From NCBI RefSeq assembly GCF_000011805.1, contig NC_006840.2: 32,000 nucleotides of DNA, one strand, 5' to 3'. The DNA is from Aliivibrio fischeri ES114 (GTDB lineage Bacteria > Pseudomonadota > Gammaproteobacteria > Enterobacterales > Vibrionaceae). The stretch's first letter is position 1; each line of letters starts with the position of its first letter. Shown in pieces: positions 10,682 through 31,865 of this stretch. The translations under genes and the position numbers were made by a program. A model generated the notes under the pieces. It made no database searches and was not told where the DNA came from. It was given only the letters and a program-made list of their open reading frames with translations.

Positions 10682-11638
10682 TTATTTCTTTATAGATATT
10701 TCACCACCATTATAAGCCGTTAGGCCATCAGCATTGATAAGTAGCAGTGCACCTTGAGCATCAATACCGTTGCAAACTCCTGTGACGGTACCATTTCCTA
10801 ATTGAAGCGAAATTTCTTGGCCTTTAAAATTGTCATATCTATTCCATCTTTCAATAAAGTGGGATAGACCAAAACACTCAAACGCTTTCATCGTTTCTTC
10901 AAGCGAAACCAATAATGTATTCGCTAATTTATTTCTAATGTGGTTTTGGCCAAGAATCGTTTTTAAATCAACCCAAGGTTGGTCTATTTCAGAAGTAAAT
11001 CTTTCACTAAGGTCTACATTAATTCCGATACCTATGACCACATGGGCGGCACCACCTGATTGAGCCGAAAGTTCAATCAGAACACCGCCTAGCTTTCGGT
11101 TATTCCAATAAATATCATTAGGCCACTTTAATTTAAGACCACTACAGCCTAAGTTTTCCAGGGCTTCAACAACAGCAATACCAACAGCTAAACTTAATCC
11201 CATCGTAGCAGCAAGACCATCATCTAATCTCCAATAGAGAGACAAATAGATATTTCCACCAAATGGAGATACCCATGAGCGCCCTCTTCGGCCTCGCCCA
11301 GCAGATTGATATTCAGCTATACAAGATTGTCCGCACTCAAGAGAGGTCATATTATTTAGCAAATACTGATTTGTTGAATCAACAACGCCAAGAACTTCAG
11401 GTTTCGGTAGCTTATTATGAGAAACTAATTCTTGTTGTAATAACTCAATAGGAGTTGAGAGTGAGTAACCTTTACCTTTTACTTTGTAAATCTCAAGTCC
11501 CCAACTCTGAATCACATTAATGTGTTTGCTTATTGCGGCTCGAGAGATATTAAGTTGTTCACCCAACTCTTCACCTGAATGAAAGTGTCCATCACTAAGC
11601 AGTCTTAAGATCTCAAGTTTTTTAGTGTGTTCTTTCAT
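10682..11638 (-). CDS. birA: Bifunctional biotin-[acetyl-CoA-carboxylase] ligase / biotin operon repressor
   Basis: The product has an N-terminal HTH (GEELGEQLNISRAAISKHI) and the GRGRRGR biotin-binding loop. The start at the ATG at 11638 (MKEHTKKLEIL) is chosen by alignment to E. coli BirA and overlaps the murB 3' end by 17 nt. The ORF-track start at 11671 adds 11 residues. Confidence 0.93.
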   Translation of the reverse strand: MKEHTKKLEILRLLSDGHFHSGEELGEQLNISRAAISKHINVIQSWGLEIYKVKGKGYSLSTPIELLQQELVSHNKLPKPEVLGVVDSTNQYLLNNMTSLECGQSCIAEYQSAGRGRRGRSWVSPFGGNIYLSLYWRLDDGLAATMGLSLAVGIAVVEALENLGCSGLKLKWPNDIYWNNRKLGGVLIELSAQSGGAAHVVIGIGINVDLSERFTSEIDQPWVDLKTILGQNHIRNKLANTLLVSLEETMKAFECFGLSHFIERWNRYDNFKGQEISLQLGNGTVTGVCNGIDAQGALLLINADGLTAYNGGEISIKK

Positions 11639-12671
11639 CAAAGAGCTCCGATAAAAAAGATTCTTCACCATTTAGATAAAATCTAACTTCATGTTCAAGT
11701 TCAATATCATACATATCTAAGACACTATTTTTTACATGATTTGCTAACTCTAAAATATCTTCAGATGTCGCTGTACCAGTGTTAATTAGCACTAACGCTT
11801 GTTCTTGATGTACTTGGGCTCCATTAATTTTGAAACCTTTTAAACCAGCATTATCAATAAGCCAACCAGCAGCTATTTTCTTCCCTTCAGTGACATCATA
11901 AGCAGGTAAATTAGGGTAAGTTTCACATAAGGCTAAATAGTGCTCTTCTGATATAACAGGATTCTTAAAGAAACTACCTGCATTTCCAATCACATTTGGA
12001 TCAGGGAGTTTTTTACTTCGAATTTCACAAATTTTATCAAATACGTTCTTAGGTGTGGTTTTACTATTTCGTAAATCACTCAATGGGCCATAAGCAAGAA
12101 CAGGCTGCCATTGTTTATTTAAACGAAGTGTTATCGCTGTAATGATGCAACGATCTTTGAGCTCGTGCTTAAAAATAGATTCTCGATAACCAAATAAACA
12201 TTCTGAATTCTTCAATGTTTTAATTTGAAGTGTTTCAAGATCCAAATATTCAACAGACTCACATATATCTTTTAGCTCAAGACCATAAGCACCGATATTT
12301 TGAATAGGAGCAGAACCTGCACAACCTGGAATCATTGCTAGATTCTCAATGCCGGCGAATCCATTATCAACACACCACTCAACTAATGCAGGCCAATCTT
12401 CTCCACTAGAAATTTTCAGCAAATAATCAGTATCCGTTTCTGTTACTGATTTTCCGAAAAGTCGATTAAGAACAACGACACCATTAAAGTGATTACAAAA
12501 TAAGGTATTACTCCCTCGCCCTAAAGGTAGTTTTGTCATGTCTGTGTATTTTTTATCAGACCAAATATCAATTAGATCCTGTATAGAATCAGCTTGAATG
12601 ATTAAATCAGCACTTTCGTTAACTGAAAAACTATTATAAGGCTTAAGTGTTTTATTAAGTAAAATCTGCAT
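11622..12671 (-). CDS. murB: UDP-N-acetylenolpyruvoylglucosamine reductase
   Basis: The 349-aa product is collinear with E. coli MurB (motifs GxGSN, IPGxxGxxPIQNIGAYG, GNAGSFFKNP). Confidence 0.96.
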   Translation of the reverse strand: MQILLNKTLKPYNSFSVNESADLIIQADSIQDLIDIWSDKKYTDMTKLPLGRGSNTLFCNHFNGVVVLNRLFGKSVTETDTDYLLKISSGEDWPALVEWCVDNGFAGIENLAMIPGCAGSAPIQNIGAYGLELKDICESVEYLDLETLQIKTLKNSECLFGYRESIFKHELKDRCIITAITLRLNKQWQPVLAYGPLSDLRNSKTTPKNVFDKICEIRSKKLPDPNVIGNAGSFFKNPVISEEHYLALCETYPNLPAYDVTEGKKIAAGWLIDNAGLKGFKINGAQVHQEQALVLINTGTATSEDILELANHVKNSVLDMYDIELEHEVRFYLNGEESFLSELFDERTH

Positions 12672-12742
12672 AGTGCTGTATTTAATTGATTAGATTAAGT
12701 ACATTCTAACTTAATACATAACAACTATATAGAACAGAGCTA

Positions 12743-13174
12743 ATGAATCTTACCGTTTCTCATCTAGACAAATTACGCCTTCCTTTATTACATAAAATCT
12801 ACAAGGAAAACTACCCGTCAGGAAAGCCTAAGGGAAAAGAAGAAATAATAGTAATAGAGGGGGATAAGAAAATCTTAGGGGCTATGCGTATAAAGACCTA
12901 TGAAGAGTGTCATTTTTTAACAGGAATGATGATAATCAAAGAAAGAAGAGGCGAGAGTCTTGGAAGCCAACTGTTATTTAAGTTAAATGAATTTTTATCA
13001 TTAGAACACTGCTATTGCTTTTGTGAACCTCAGTTAAGTGAGTTTTATTTAAAAAACGATTTCATTCATATAGATAAAAAAAATATTCCTCATGTACTTA
13101 AATCTAAGCATGATAGATATACAAATACTGGAAAAGAATTGGATATCCTTCTCTATAAAAAAACTAACAATTAG
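12743..13174 (+). CDS. Small GNAT-family N-acetyltransferase-like protein
   Basis: The 143-aa product has the motif RRGESLGSQLL, which resembles the acetyl-CoA-binding motif A (R-G-x-G-x-G-x-x-L) of GNAT enzymes. The gene is very AT-rich. The function assignment is weak. Confidence 0.6.
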   Translation: MNLTVSHLDKLRLPLLHKIYKENYPSGKPKGKEEIIVIEGDKKILGAMRIKTYEECHFLTGMMIIKERRGESLGSQLLFKLNEFLSLEHCYCFCEPQLSEFYLKNDFIHIDKKNIPHVLKSKHDRYTNTGKELDILLYKKTNN

Positions 13175-13246
13175 ATATTACTCTCGGCAATACCCATGAA
13201 GTTTGCTAGAATCTATCCCCTTATATTGATTATTTAATGATTGGTT

Positions 13247-14599
13247 ATGAATTTGAAACCTCAAGAAAGTAAAGAACAGCTATCTAAGCTCCCAATGTTG
13301 TCTCAAAATCCTGAGAATATTAAGATTCTTCACACCGCTGCAGATTTTCGGTATGAACTTCTTAAACAAATAGAAAATGCACAACAACGCATTTATATAG
13401 TTGCACTTTACTTAGAAAATGATGATGCTGGTAGAGAAATCTTTACCGCTCTGTATGAAGCTAAACAGAAAAATCCGACACTAGACATTAATGTTCTTGT
13501 TGATTGGCATCGAGCTCAAAGAGGACTTATCGGTGCTGAAAAGAGTGATGGTAACGCAGCGTTATATCGAGAATTCTCTGAAAAATATGAGCATTCAATA
13601 AATGTCCTTGGTGTTCCAGTAAGAAATAAAGAAGTTTTCGGCGTTTTGCATCTAAAAGGTTTTATCTTTGACGACACCGTTGTTTATAGCGGCGCTAGCT
13701 TAAATGATGTATACCTTGCCCATAAAGATAAATACCGCTTCGACAGATACCACGTTTTAAATAATGCTCTTCTTGCTAATTCAATGGTTTCATTTATTAA
13801 GAAAACATTGATTGCTAGTCCTGCTGTAAATTGTTTATCACAACAAAATAGACCTGATACAAAATCCCTTAAGCCGGAAATTAAAGAGTTAAGAAAGCAG
13901 CTCGGTTTAGCAAACTACCAATTTACGTCTCAAACAAGAAAAGAAGGTGAAGTTGGTATAACACCTCTTGTTGGCTTAGGAAGAAAAGGGAATAAATTAA
14001 ATAATTATATTCGCACTCTTTTAGCATCAGCCACATCTGAAATTACAATCTGTACTCCTTATTTCAACTTCCCTAAACCTATTGCAAAAGAACTAAAAAA
14101 AGCACTACGACGAGGAGTGAAAGTAACAATTATTGTCGGTGACAAAACTGCTAATGATTTCTACATTTCACCTGAAGAAGAATTTAAGACTATTGCAGGG
14201 TTACCATACCTATATGAGATAAACCTAAGAAACTTTGCTAAAGCTAATGAGACTTACATTGCTAGCAGACAATTATCTCTTAACTTATGGAAACATGAGA
14301 ACAACAGTTTTCATCTAAAAGGTATGTGGGTAGATAAAGAATACACACTAATTACAGGTAGTAATCTAAACCCAAGAGCCTGGAAACTAGATCTTGAGAA
14401 TGGACTATTATTGCAGGATCCTGAACAGTTACTTGTAGATACGAAGCAAGCTGAACTAGATGTAATCTTAGAACATACACAATTAATTGGTTCATACAAA
14501 CAAGTAGACAAGCTTGATAGTTATCCTGTTGAAGTAAAAAAATTAATCAAAAGAATTAAGCGAATTAAAGCAGATCATATACTGAATCAAATTCTATAA
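13247..14599 (+). CDS. pssA: CDP-diacylglycerol--serine O-phosphatidyltransferase (phosphatidylserine synthase, PLD type)
   Basis: The product is collinear with E. coli PssA (451 aa). It has two HKD-type motifs (HLKGFIFDD..GASLND and HLKGMWVD..GSNLNPR) and a basic C-terminal tail. I prefer the ATG at 13247 over the ORF-track TTG at 13241. Confidence 0.95.
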   Translation: MNLKPQESKEQLSKLPMLSQNPENIKILHTAADFRYELLKQIENAQQRIYIVALYLENDDAGREIFTALYEAKQKNPTLDINVLVDWHRAQRGLIGAEKSDGNAALYREFSEKYEHSINVLGVPVRNKEVFGVLHLKGFIFDDTVVYSGASLNDVYLAHKDKYRFDRYHVLNNALLANSMVSFIKKTLIASPAVNCLSQQNRPDTKSLKPEIKELRKQLGLANYQFTSQTRKEGEVGITPLVGLGRKGNKLNNYIRTLLASATSEITICTPYFNFPKPIAKELKKALRRGVKVTIIVGDKTANDFYISPEEEFKTIAGLPYLYEINLRNFAKANETYIASRQLSLNLWKHENNSFHLKGMWVDKEYTLITGSNLNPRAWKLDLENGLLLQDPEQLLVDTKQAELDVILEHTQLIGSYKQVDKLDSYPVEVKKLIKRIKRIKADHILNQIL

Positions 14600-14606
14600 T
14601 TAAGTT

Positions 14607-14640
14607 ATGGGTGTGCATTAATACAGTGCATACCCATTTT
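14607..14640 (+). terminator. Rho-independent terminator after pssA
   Basis: An imperfect stem ATGGGTGTGCA...TGCATACCCAT is followed by TTTT, starting 8 nt after the stop codon. Confidence 0.6.
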
Positions 14641-14719
14641 GATATTTCCCCGCCTCTATTCATCTAAAATTACACGTCCTAGAGTCTCCATCATTTAATT
14701 ATCTCAATATAAGTAACTA

Positions 14720-14818
14720 TATTTACCTGCTTTTTATCAAGTTTAAGAGCAACACGTCCCCGAACTGACAACCGCTAAGATCTCTAATAGAAAGCCTAAC
14801 CAACTGAACTACCATTTC
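14720..14818 (-). pseudogene. Strongly decayed tRNA-Asp-like relic (repeat unit A)
   Basis: It retains GGTAGTTCAGTTGGTTAG (D-arm of tRNA-Asp) and aligns with relic B. The acceptor and T arms are not foldable. The left boundary is approximate. Confidence 0.45.
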
Positions 14819-14852
14819 GCTCTGCTTATCTCATTCCGTTTTCTACAGATGC

Positions 14853-14881
14853 AAAAAAGCCCTAATCTTTTGATTAGGGCT
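14853..14881 (-). terminator. Rho-independent terminator, second copy (unit A)
   Basis: The minus strand reads AGCCCTAATC-aaaa-GATTAGGGCT followed by TTTTTT. It is a near-exact copy of the terminator at 15033..15061. Confidence 0.75.
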
Positions 14882-14892
14882 TCTTAAATAAG

Positions 14893-14998
14893 TGATTACG
14901 TTAACGGGACTTTCTATCAATCTTGAAAGCGATACGCCCCTTGGCGTGAGGCCGCTAAGCTCCCCAATAAAAAGCCTAACCAACTGAACTGCCACTTA
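14893..14998 (-). pseudogene. Decayed tRNA-Asp-like relic (repeat unit B)
   Basis: It aligns end to end with the functional tRNA-Asp. The shared segments are GTGGCAGTTCAGTTGGTTAG, CGGCCTCACGCC and AGTCCCGT. It carries about 29 extra nt and has lost acceptor-stem and T-arm pairing. Confidence 0.6.
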
Positions 14999-15032
14999 GC
15001 TCTGTTTATCTCATTCAATTTTCTACAGATGC

Positions 15033-15061
15033 AAAAAAGCCCTAATCTTTCGATTAGGGCT
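15033..15061 (-). terminator. Rho-independent terminator of rrn operon 1 (after tRNA-Asp)
   Basis: The minus strand reads AGCCCTAATC-gaaa-GATTAGGGCT followed by TTTTTT, starting 11 nt after the tRNA-Asp CCA end. Confidence 0.85.
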
Positions 15062-15072
15062 TTTCAAATAAG

Positions 15073-15149
15073 TGGCGGAGTGGACGGGACTCGAACCCGC
15101 GACCCCCGGCGTGACAGGCCGGTATTCTAACCAACTGAACTACCACTCC
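15073..15149 (-). tRNA. tRNA-Asp (anticodon GUC), distal gene of rrn operon 1
   Basis: The reverse complement is GGAGTGGTAGTTCAGTTGGTTAGAATACCGGCCTGTCACGCCGGGGGTCGCGGGTTCGAGTCCCGTCCACTCCGCCA (77 nt). This is close to E. coli tRNA-Asp. Confidence 0.95.
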
Positions 15150-15178
15150 GCAGTGTCTATTCAGTGTATCTTAATTTA

Positions 15179-15298
15179 AAGCCTGGCGATGTCCTACTCT
15201 CACATGGGGAAACCCCACACTACCATCGGCGCTATTACGTTTCACTTCTGAGTTCGGCATGGGATCAGGTGGGTCCATAACGCTATGGTCGCCAAGCA
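15179..15298 (-). rRNA. rrf: 5S rRNA (rrn operon 1)
   Basis: The reverse complement TGCTTGGCGACC...CCGAACTCAGAAGTGAAACG...CGCCAGGCTT aligns with E. coli 5S over about 120 nt. Confidence 0.95.
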
Positions 15299-15392
15299 AA
15301 TTCTTTAATTCGGAAAGCTATATTGTGTTCTTAATGCACATTCAATTCGTTTCTTGCAACTTCAAATCCGTTCAAAACCCCTTGGGTGTTGT

Positions 15393-18283
<2,891 letters not shown>

Positions 18284-18482
18284 ATACAACCCCAAGAGGT
18301 TTCGTATGGCATAAACAACCAAGGTTGAACTCGTCATTGCGAGTTCTGGTTTTTCGCCGGATTCAAAATACAAGAACACTTGAATGTGTTGTTCTTCGTT
18401 TTACAAAGTAAAACAAAGGATATTAAGAACTTTTAAATTTTGATTTAGATAACTCGTAAGTTATTTAAATCAGTCAGCTTTC

Positions 18483-18498
18483 CAAATTGTTAAAGAGC
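18483..18498 (-). promoter_or_regulatory. Spacer boxA antitermination element (rrn1 ITS)
   Basis: The minus strand reads GCTCTTTAACAATTTG, matching the boxA consensus GCTCTTTAACAA. Confidence 0.75.
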
Positions 18499-18564
18499 AA
18501 TGTTTCTTTCGAAACCATTTTTAAAGACTCTCATCGGCTTTTTGCTTCAAAGAACGCTTAAAGA

Positions 18565-18640
18565 TGGTGGGCGATACCGGGCTCGAACCAGTGACCCCCT
18601 CCTTGTAAGGGAGGTGCTCTCCCAACTGAGCTAATCGCCC
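18565..18640 (-). tRNA. tRNA-Val (anticodon UAC)
   Basis: The reverse complement is GGGCGATTAGCTCAGTTGGGAGAGCACCTCCCTTACAAGGAGGGGGTCACTGGTTCGAGCCCGGTATCGCCCACCA. Confidence 0.95.
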
Positions 18641-18671
18641 ACGAAAGTTTTAATTCCTTCGTGAGAAAGAA

Positions 18672-18747
18672 TGGTGGAGCTATGCGGGATCGAACCGCAG
18701 ACCTCCTGCGTGCAAGGCAGGCGCTCTCCCAGCTGAGCTATAGCCCC
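18672..18747 (-). tRNA. tRNA-Ala (anticodon UGC)
   Basis: The reverse complement is GGGGCTATAGCTCAGCTGGGAGAGCGCCTGCCTTGCACGCAGGAGGTCTGCGGTTCGATCCCGCATAGCTCCACCA. Confidence 0.95.
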
Positions 18748-18771
18748 AAATTTTATTTCCTTGGGAGGAAA

Positions 18772-18847
18772 TGGTGGGTCGTGCAGGATTCGAACCTGCG
18801 ACCAATTGATTAAAAGTCAACTGCTCTACCAACTGAGCTAACGACCC
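18772..18847 (-). tRNA. tRNA-Lys (anticodon UUU)
   Basis: The reverse complement is GGGTCGTTAGCTCAGTTGGTAGAGCAGTTGACTTTTAATCAATTGGTCGCAGGTTCGAATCCTGCACGACCCACCA. Confidence 0.95.
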
Positions 18848-18849
18848 AA

Positions 18850-18925
18850 TGGTATCCCGTAGGGGAGTCGAACCCCTGTTACCGCCGTGAAAGGGCGGTG
18901 TCCTAGGCCTCTAGACGAACGGGAC
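18850..18925 (-). tRNA. tRNA-Glu (anticodon UUC)
   Basis: The reverse complement is GTCCCGTTCGTCTAGAGGCCTAGGACACCGCCCTTTCACGGCGGTAACAGGGGTTCGACTCCCCTACGGGATACCA. Only 2 nt separate it from tRNA-Lys. Confidence 0.92.
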
Positions 18926-19020
18926 ACTGGATATTTGAAGATGTTGGGCATCTTCATTGCTTCTTTACATTTTTAACCTAATCAATCTGTGTGAACACTC
19001 ATAAATCGCAATCTATCGTT

Positions 19021-20571
<1,551 letters not shown>

Positions 20572-20750
20572 AAAGTTTTTTTGGTTGCTCTGTCTTTTCT
20601 ATAAAGAGAAGCAGAAACAAACCGACTCAATGATTAATACTGATTGTTACATAAAAGTAATTTTGTGTAGTCACTCAGTTCATTGATTAGTTATTTGCTT
20701 TCGCAAATAGTGATTATCAATTCACAAGTGCCCACACAGATTGATTTGGT

Positions 20751-20766
20751 TAAATTGTTAAAGAGC
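20751..20766 (-). promoter_or_regulatory. Leader boxA (with boxC-like TCTGTGTGGGCAC just downstream) of rrn1
   Basis: The minus strand reads GCTCTTTAACAATTTA followed by ...ATCTGTGTGGGCAC, as in E. coli rrn leaders. Confidence 0.8.
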
Positions 20767-20824
20767 TTGTCTTTCAACCACTTAGCGTTTCCGCTTCGTC
20801 GTTTCAGGCTGCGTATAATACGCT

Positions 20825-20852
20825 GTCTGATTTGAAAGTCAAGATAATATTT
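20825..20852 (-). promoter_or_regulatory. rrn operon 1 promoter (single, P2-like)
   Basis: The minus strand reads TTGACT-16 nt-TATTAT followed by the discriminator acgcagcc. A strongly A/T-rich UP-like tract lies upstream. Confidence 0.7.
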
Positions 20853-20932
20853 TCAACTTTTTCAATTATTTTTGAATCGTTAAAAACGTTATGTTGACTT
20901 GGCTCACAGTGACAGTCTGGGAGCGAAATAAA

Positions 20933-20954
20933 AGCCCGTTCAACTGAACGGGCT
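20933..20954 (-). terminator. Rho-independent terminator of rrn operon 2
   Basis: The minus strand reads AGCCCGTT-cagttg-AACGGGCT followed by TTTATTT, starting 13 nt after the 5S 3' end. Confidence 0.75.
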
Positions 20955-20967
20955 CTCATTCAAATTC

Positions 20968-21087
20968 AAGCCTGGCGATGTCCTACTCTCACATGGGGAA
21001 ACCCCACACTACCATCGGCGCTATTACGTTTCACTTCTGAGTTCGGCATGGGATCAGGTGGGTCCATAACGCTATGGTCGCCAAGCA
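20968..21087 (-). rRNA. rrf: 5S rRNA (rrn operon 2)
   Basis: It is identical in sequence to the 5S at 15179..15298. Confidence 0.95.
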
Positions 21088-21177
21088 AATTCTTTAATTC
21101 GGAAAGCTTAATTCTTAATCCACATTCAAATTCGTTTCTTGCAACTTTAAATCCGTTCAAAACCCCTTGGGTGTTGT

Positions 21178-24068
<2,891 letters not shown>

Positions 24069-24267
24069 ATACAACCCCAAGAGGTTTCGTATGGCATAAA
24101 CAACCAAGGTTGAACTCGTCATTGCGAGTTCTGGTTTTTCGCCGGATTCAAAATACAAGAACACTTGAATGTGTTGTTCTTCGTTTTACAAAGTAAAACA
24201 AAGGATATTAAGAACTTTTAAATTTTGATTTAGATAACTCGTAAGTTATTTAAATCAGTCAGCTTTC

Positions 24268-24283
24268 CAAATTGTTAAAGAGC
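24268..24283 (-). promoter_or_regulatory. Spacer boxA (rrn2 ITS)
   Basis: The minus strand reads GCTCTTTAACAATTTG. Confidence 0.75.
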
Positions 24284-24335
24284 AATGTTTCTTTCGAAAC
24301 CATTTTTAAAGACTCTCAAGGAGAATATTTAAAGA

Positions 24336-24411
24336 TGGTGGAGCTATGCGGGATCGAACCGCAGACCTCCTGCGTGCAAGGCAGGCGCTCTCCCAGCTGA
24401 GCTATAGCCCC
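24336..24411 (-). tRNA. tRNA-Ala (anticodon UGC)
   Basis: It is identical to the tRNA-Ala at 18672..18747. Confidence 0.95.
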
Positions 24412-24448
24412 GAAATATAATGTTATCCAATACTTTCTGGAGAAGTAT

Positions 24449-24525
<77 letters not shown>

Positions 24526-24594
24526 AACATTAAGTCTCTTAATTTTTTAACCTAATCAATCTGTGTGAACACTCATAAACCGCAATCTATCGTT

Positions 24595-26146
<1,552 letters not shown>

Positions 26147-26326
26147 AAAGTTTTTTTGGTTGCTCTGTCTTTTCTATAAAGAGAAGCAGAAACAAAACCG
26201 ACTCAATGATTAATACTGATTGTTACATAAAAGTAATTTTGTGTAGTCACTCAGTTCATTGATTAGTTATTTGCTTTCGCAAATAGTGATTATCAATTCA
26301 CAAGTGCCCACACAGATTGATTTGGT

Positions 26327-26342
26327 TAAATTGTTAAAGAGC
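26327..26342 (-). promoter_or_regulatory. Leader boxA of rrn2
   Basis: The minus strand reads GCTCTTTAACAATTTA. Confidence 0.8.
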
Positions 26343-26390
26343 TTGTCTTTCAACCACTTAGCGTTTCCGCTTCGTCGTTTCAGGCTGCGT

Positions 26391-26418
26391 ATAATACGCT
26401 GTCTGATTTGAAAGTCAA
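26391..26418 (-). promoter_or_regulatory. rrn operon 2 promoter (single, P2-like)
   Basis: The minus strand reads TTGACT-16 nt-TATTAT, identical to the rrn1 promoter. Confidence 0.7.
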
Positions 26419-26508
26419 GATAATATTTTCAACTTTTTCAATTATTTTTGAATCGTTAAAAACGTTATGTTGACTTGGCTCACAGTGACAGTCTGGGAGC
26501 GAAATAAA

Positions 26509-26530
26509 AGCCCGTTCAACTGAACGGGCT
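26509..26530 (-). terminator. Rho-independent terminator of rrn operon 3
   Basis: It has the same hairpin and U-rich tail as 20933..20954. Confidence 0.75.
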
Positions 26531-26543
26531 CTCATTCAAATTC

Positions 26544-26663
26544 AAGCCTGGCGATGTCCTACTCTCACATGGGGAAACCCCACACTACCATCGGCGCTAT
26601 TACGTTTCACTTCTGAGTTCGGCATGGGATCAGGTGGGTCCATAACGCTATGGTCGCCAAGCA
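26544..26663 (-). rRNA. rrf: 5S rRNA (rrn operon 3)
   Basis: It is identical to the other two 5S copies. Confidence 0.95.
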
Positions 26664-26757
26664 AATTCTTTAATTCGGAAAGCTATATTGTGTTCTTAAT
26701 GCACATTCAATTCGTTTCTTGCAACTTCAAATCCGTTCAAAACCCCTTGGGTGTTGT

Positions 26758-29648
<2,891 letters not shown>

Positions 29649-29846
29649 ATACAACCCCAAGAGGTTTCGTATGGCATAAACAACCAAGGTTGAACTCGTC
29701 ATTGCGAGTTCTGGTTTTTCGCCGGATTCAAAATACAAGAACACTTGAATGTGTTGTTCTTCGTTTTACAGAGTAAAACAAAGGATATTAAGAACTTTTA
29801 AATTTGATTTAGATAACTCGTAAGTTATTCAAATCAGTCAGCTTTC

Positions 29847-29862
29847 CAAATTGTTAAAGAGC
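29847..29862 (-). promoter_or_regulatory. Spacer boxA (rrn3 ITS)
   Basis: The minus strand reads GCTCTTTAACAATTTG. Confidence 0.75.
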
Positions 29863-29932
29863 GATTTCACGCTTATGCGTGTAACCATTTTTAAAAACTC
29901 TTAAAGGTTTAACCTAAAAGAATGCTTAAAGA

Positions 29933-30008
29933 TGGTGGAGCTATGCGGGATCGAACCGCAGACCTCTTCGCTGCCAGCGAAGCGCTCTCCCAGCTGAGCT
30001 ATAGCCCC
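29933..30008 (-). tRNA. tRNA-Ala (anticodon GGC), sole tRNA of the rrn3 spacer
   Basis: The reverse complement is GGGGCTATAGCTCAGCTGGGAGAGCGCTTCGCTGGCAGCGAAGAGGTCTGCGGTTCGATCCCGCATAGCTCCACCA. The anticodon loop is CUGGCAG. Confidence 0.92.
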
Positions 30009-30075
30009 ACATAGTCTCTTTAATTTTTTAACCTAATCAATCTGTGTGAACACTCATAAACCGTAATCTATCGTT

Positions 30076-31627
<1,552 letters not shown>

Positions 31628-31774
31628 AAAGTTCTTTTGAACTCTTTCAGCAGAAAGAAGTTCGACTCAATGATTAATACTGATTGTTACATAAAAGTAA
31701 TTTTGTGTAGTCACTCAGTTCATTGATAATGTGTTGATTATCAATTCACAAGTGCCCACACAGATTGATTTGGT

Positions 31775-31790
31775 TAAATTGTTAAAGAGC
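31775..31790 (-). promoter_or_regulatory. Leader boxA of rrn3
   Basis: The minus strand reads GCTCTTTAACAATTTA followed by ATCTGTGTGGGCAC. Confidence 0.8.
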
Positions 31791-31837
31791 TTGTCTTTCA
31801 ACGACTTGCGTTTCCGTTTCGTCGTTTGAGGCTGCGT

Positions 31838-31865
31838 ATAATACAGAGCCAAATTATTAAGTCAA
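31838..31865 (-). promoter_or_regulatory. rrn operon 3 promoter P2
   Basis: The minus strand reads TTGACT-16 nt-TATTAT. It is positionally homologous to the single promoters of rrn1 and rrn2. Confidence 0.7.

Larger units (their letters stand above)
20572..20967 (-). repeat. Inter-operon cassette copy 1 (rrn2 terminator + rrn1 promoter + leader)
   Basis: It is near-identical to 26147..26543. The only difference I saw is a single A-run length change (aacaaaccg versus aacaaaaccg). Confidence 0.9.
26147..26543 (-). repeat. Inter-operon cassette copy 2 (rrn3 terminator + rrn2 promoter + leader)
   Basis: It is near-identical to 20572..20967. Confidence 0.9.

Noticed and set aside
14713-15151. 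The possibility that the repeated units are a CRISPR-like or other interspersed-repeat array.
   Set aside because: The period is 180 bp and there are no short repeat/unique spacer alternations. The units align throughout with tRNA-Asp plus its terminator, so this is a decayed tandem gene duplication.
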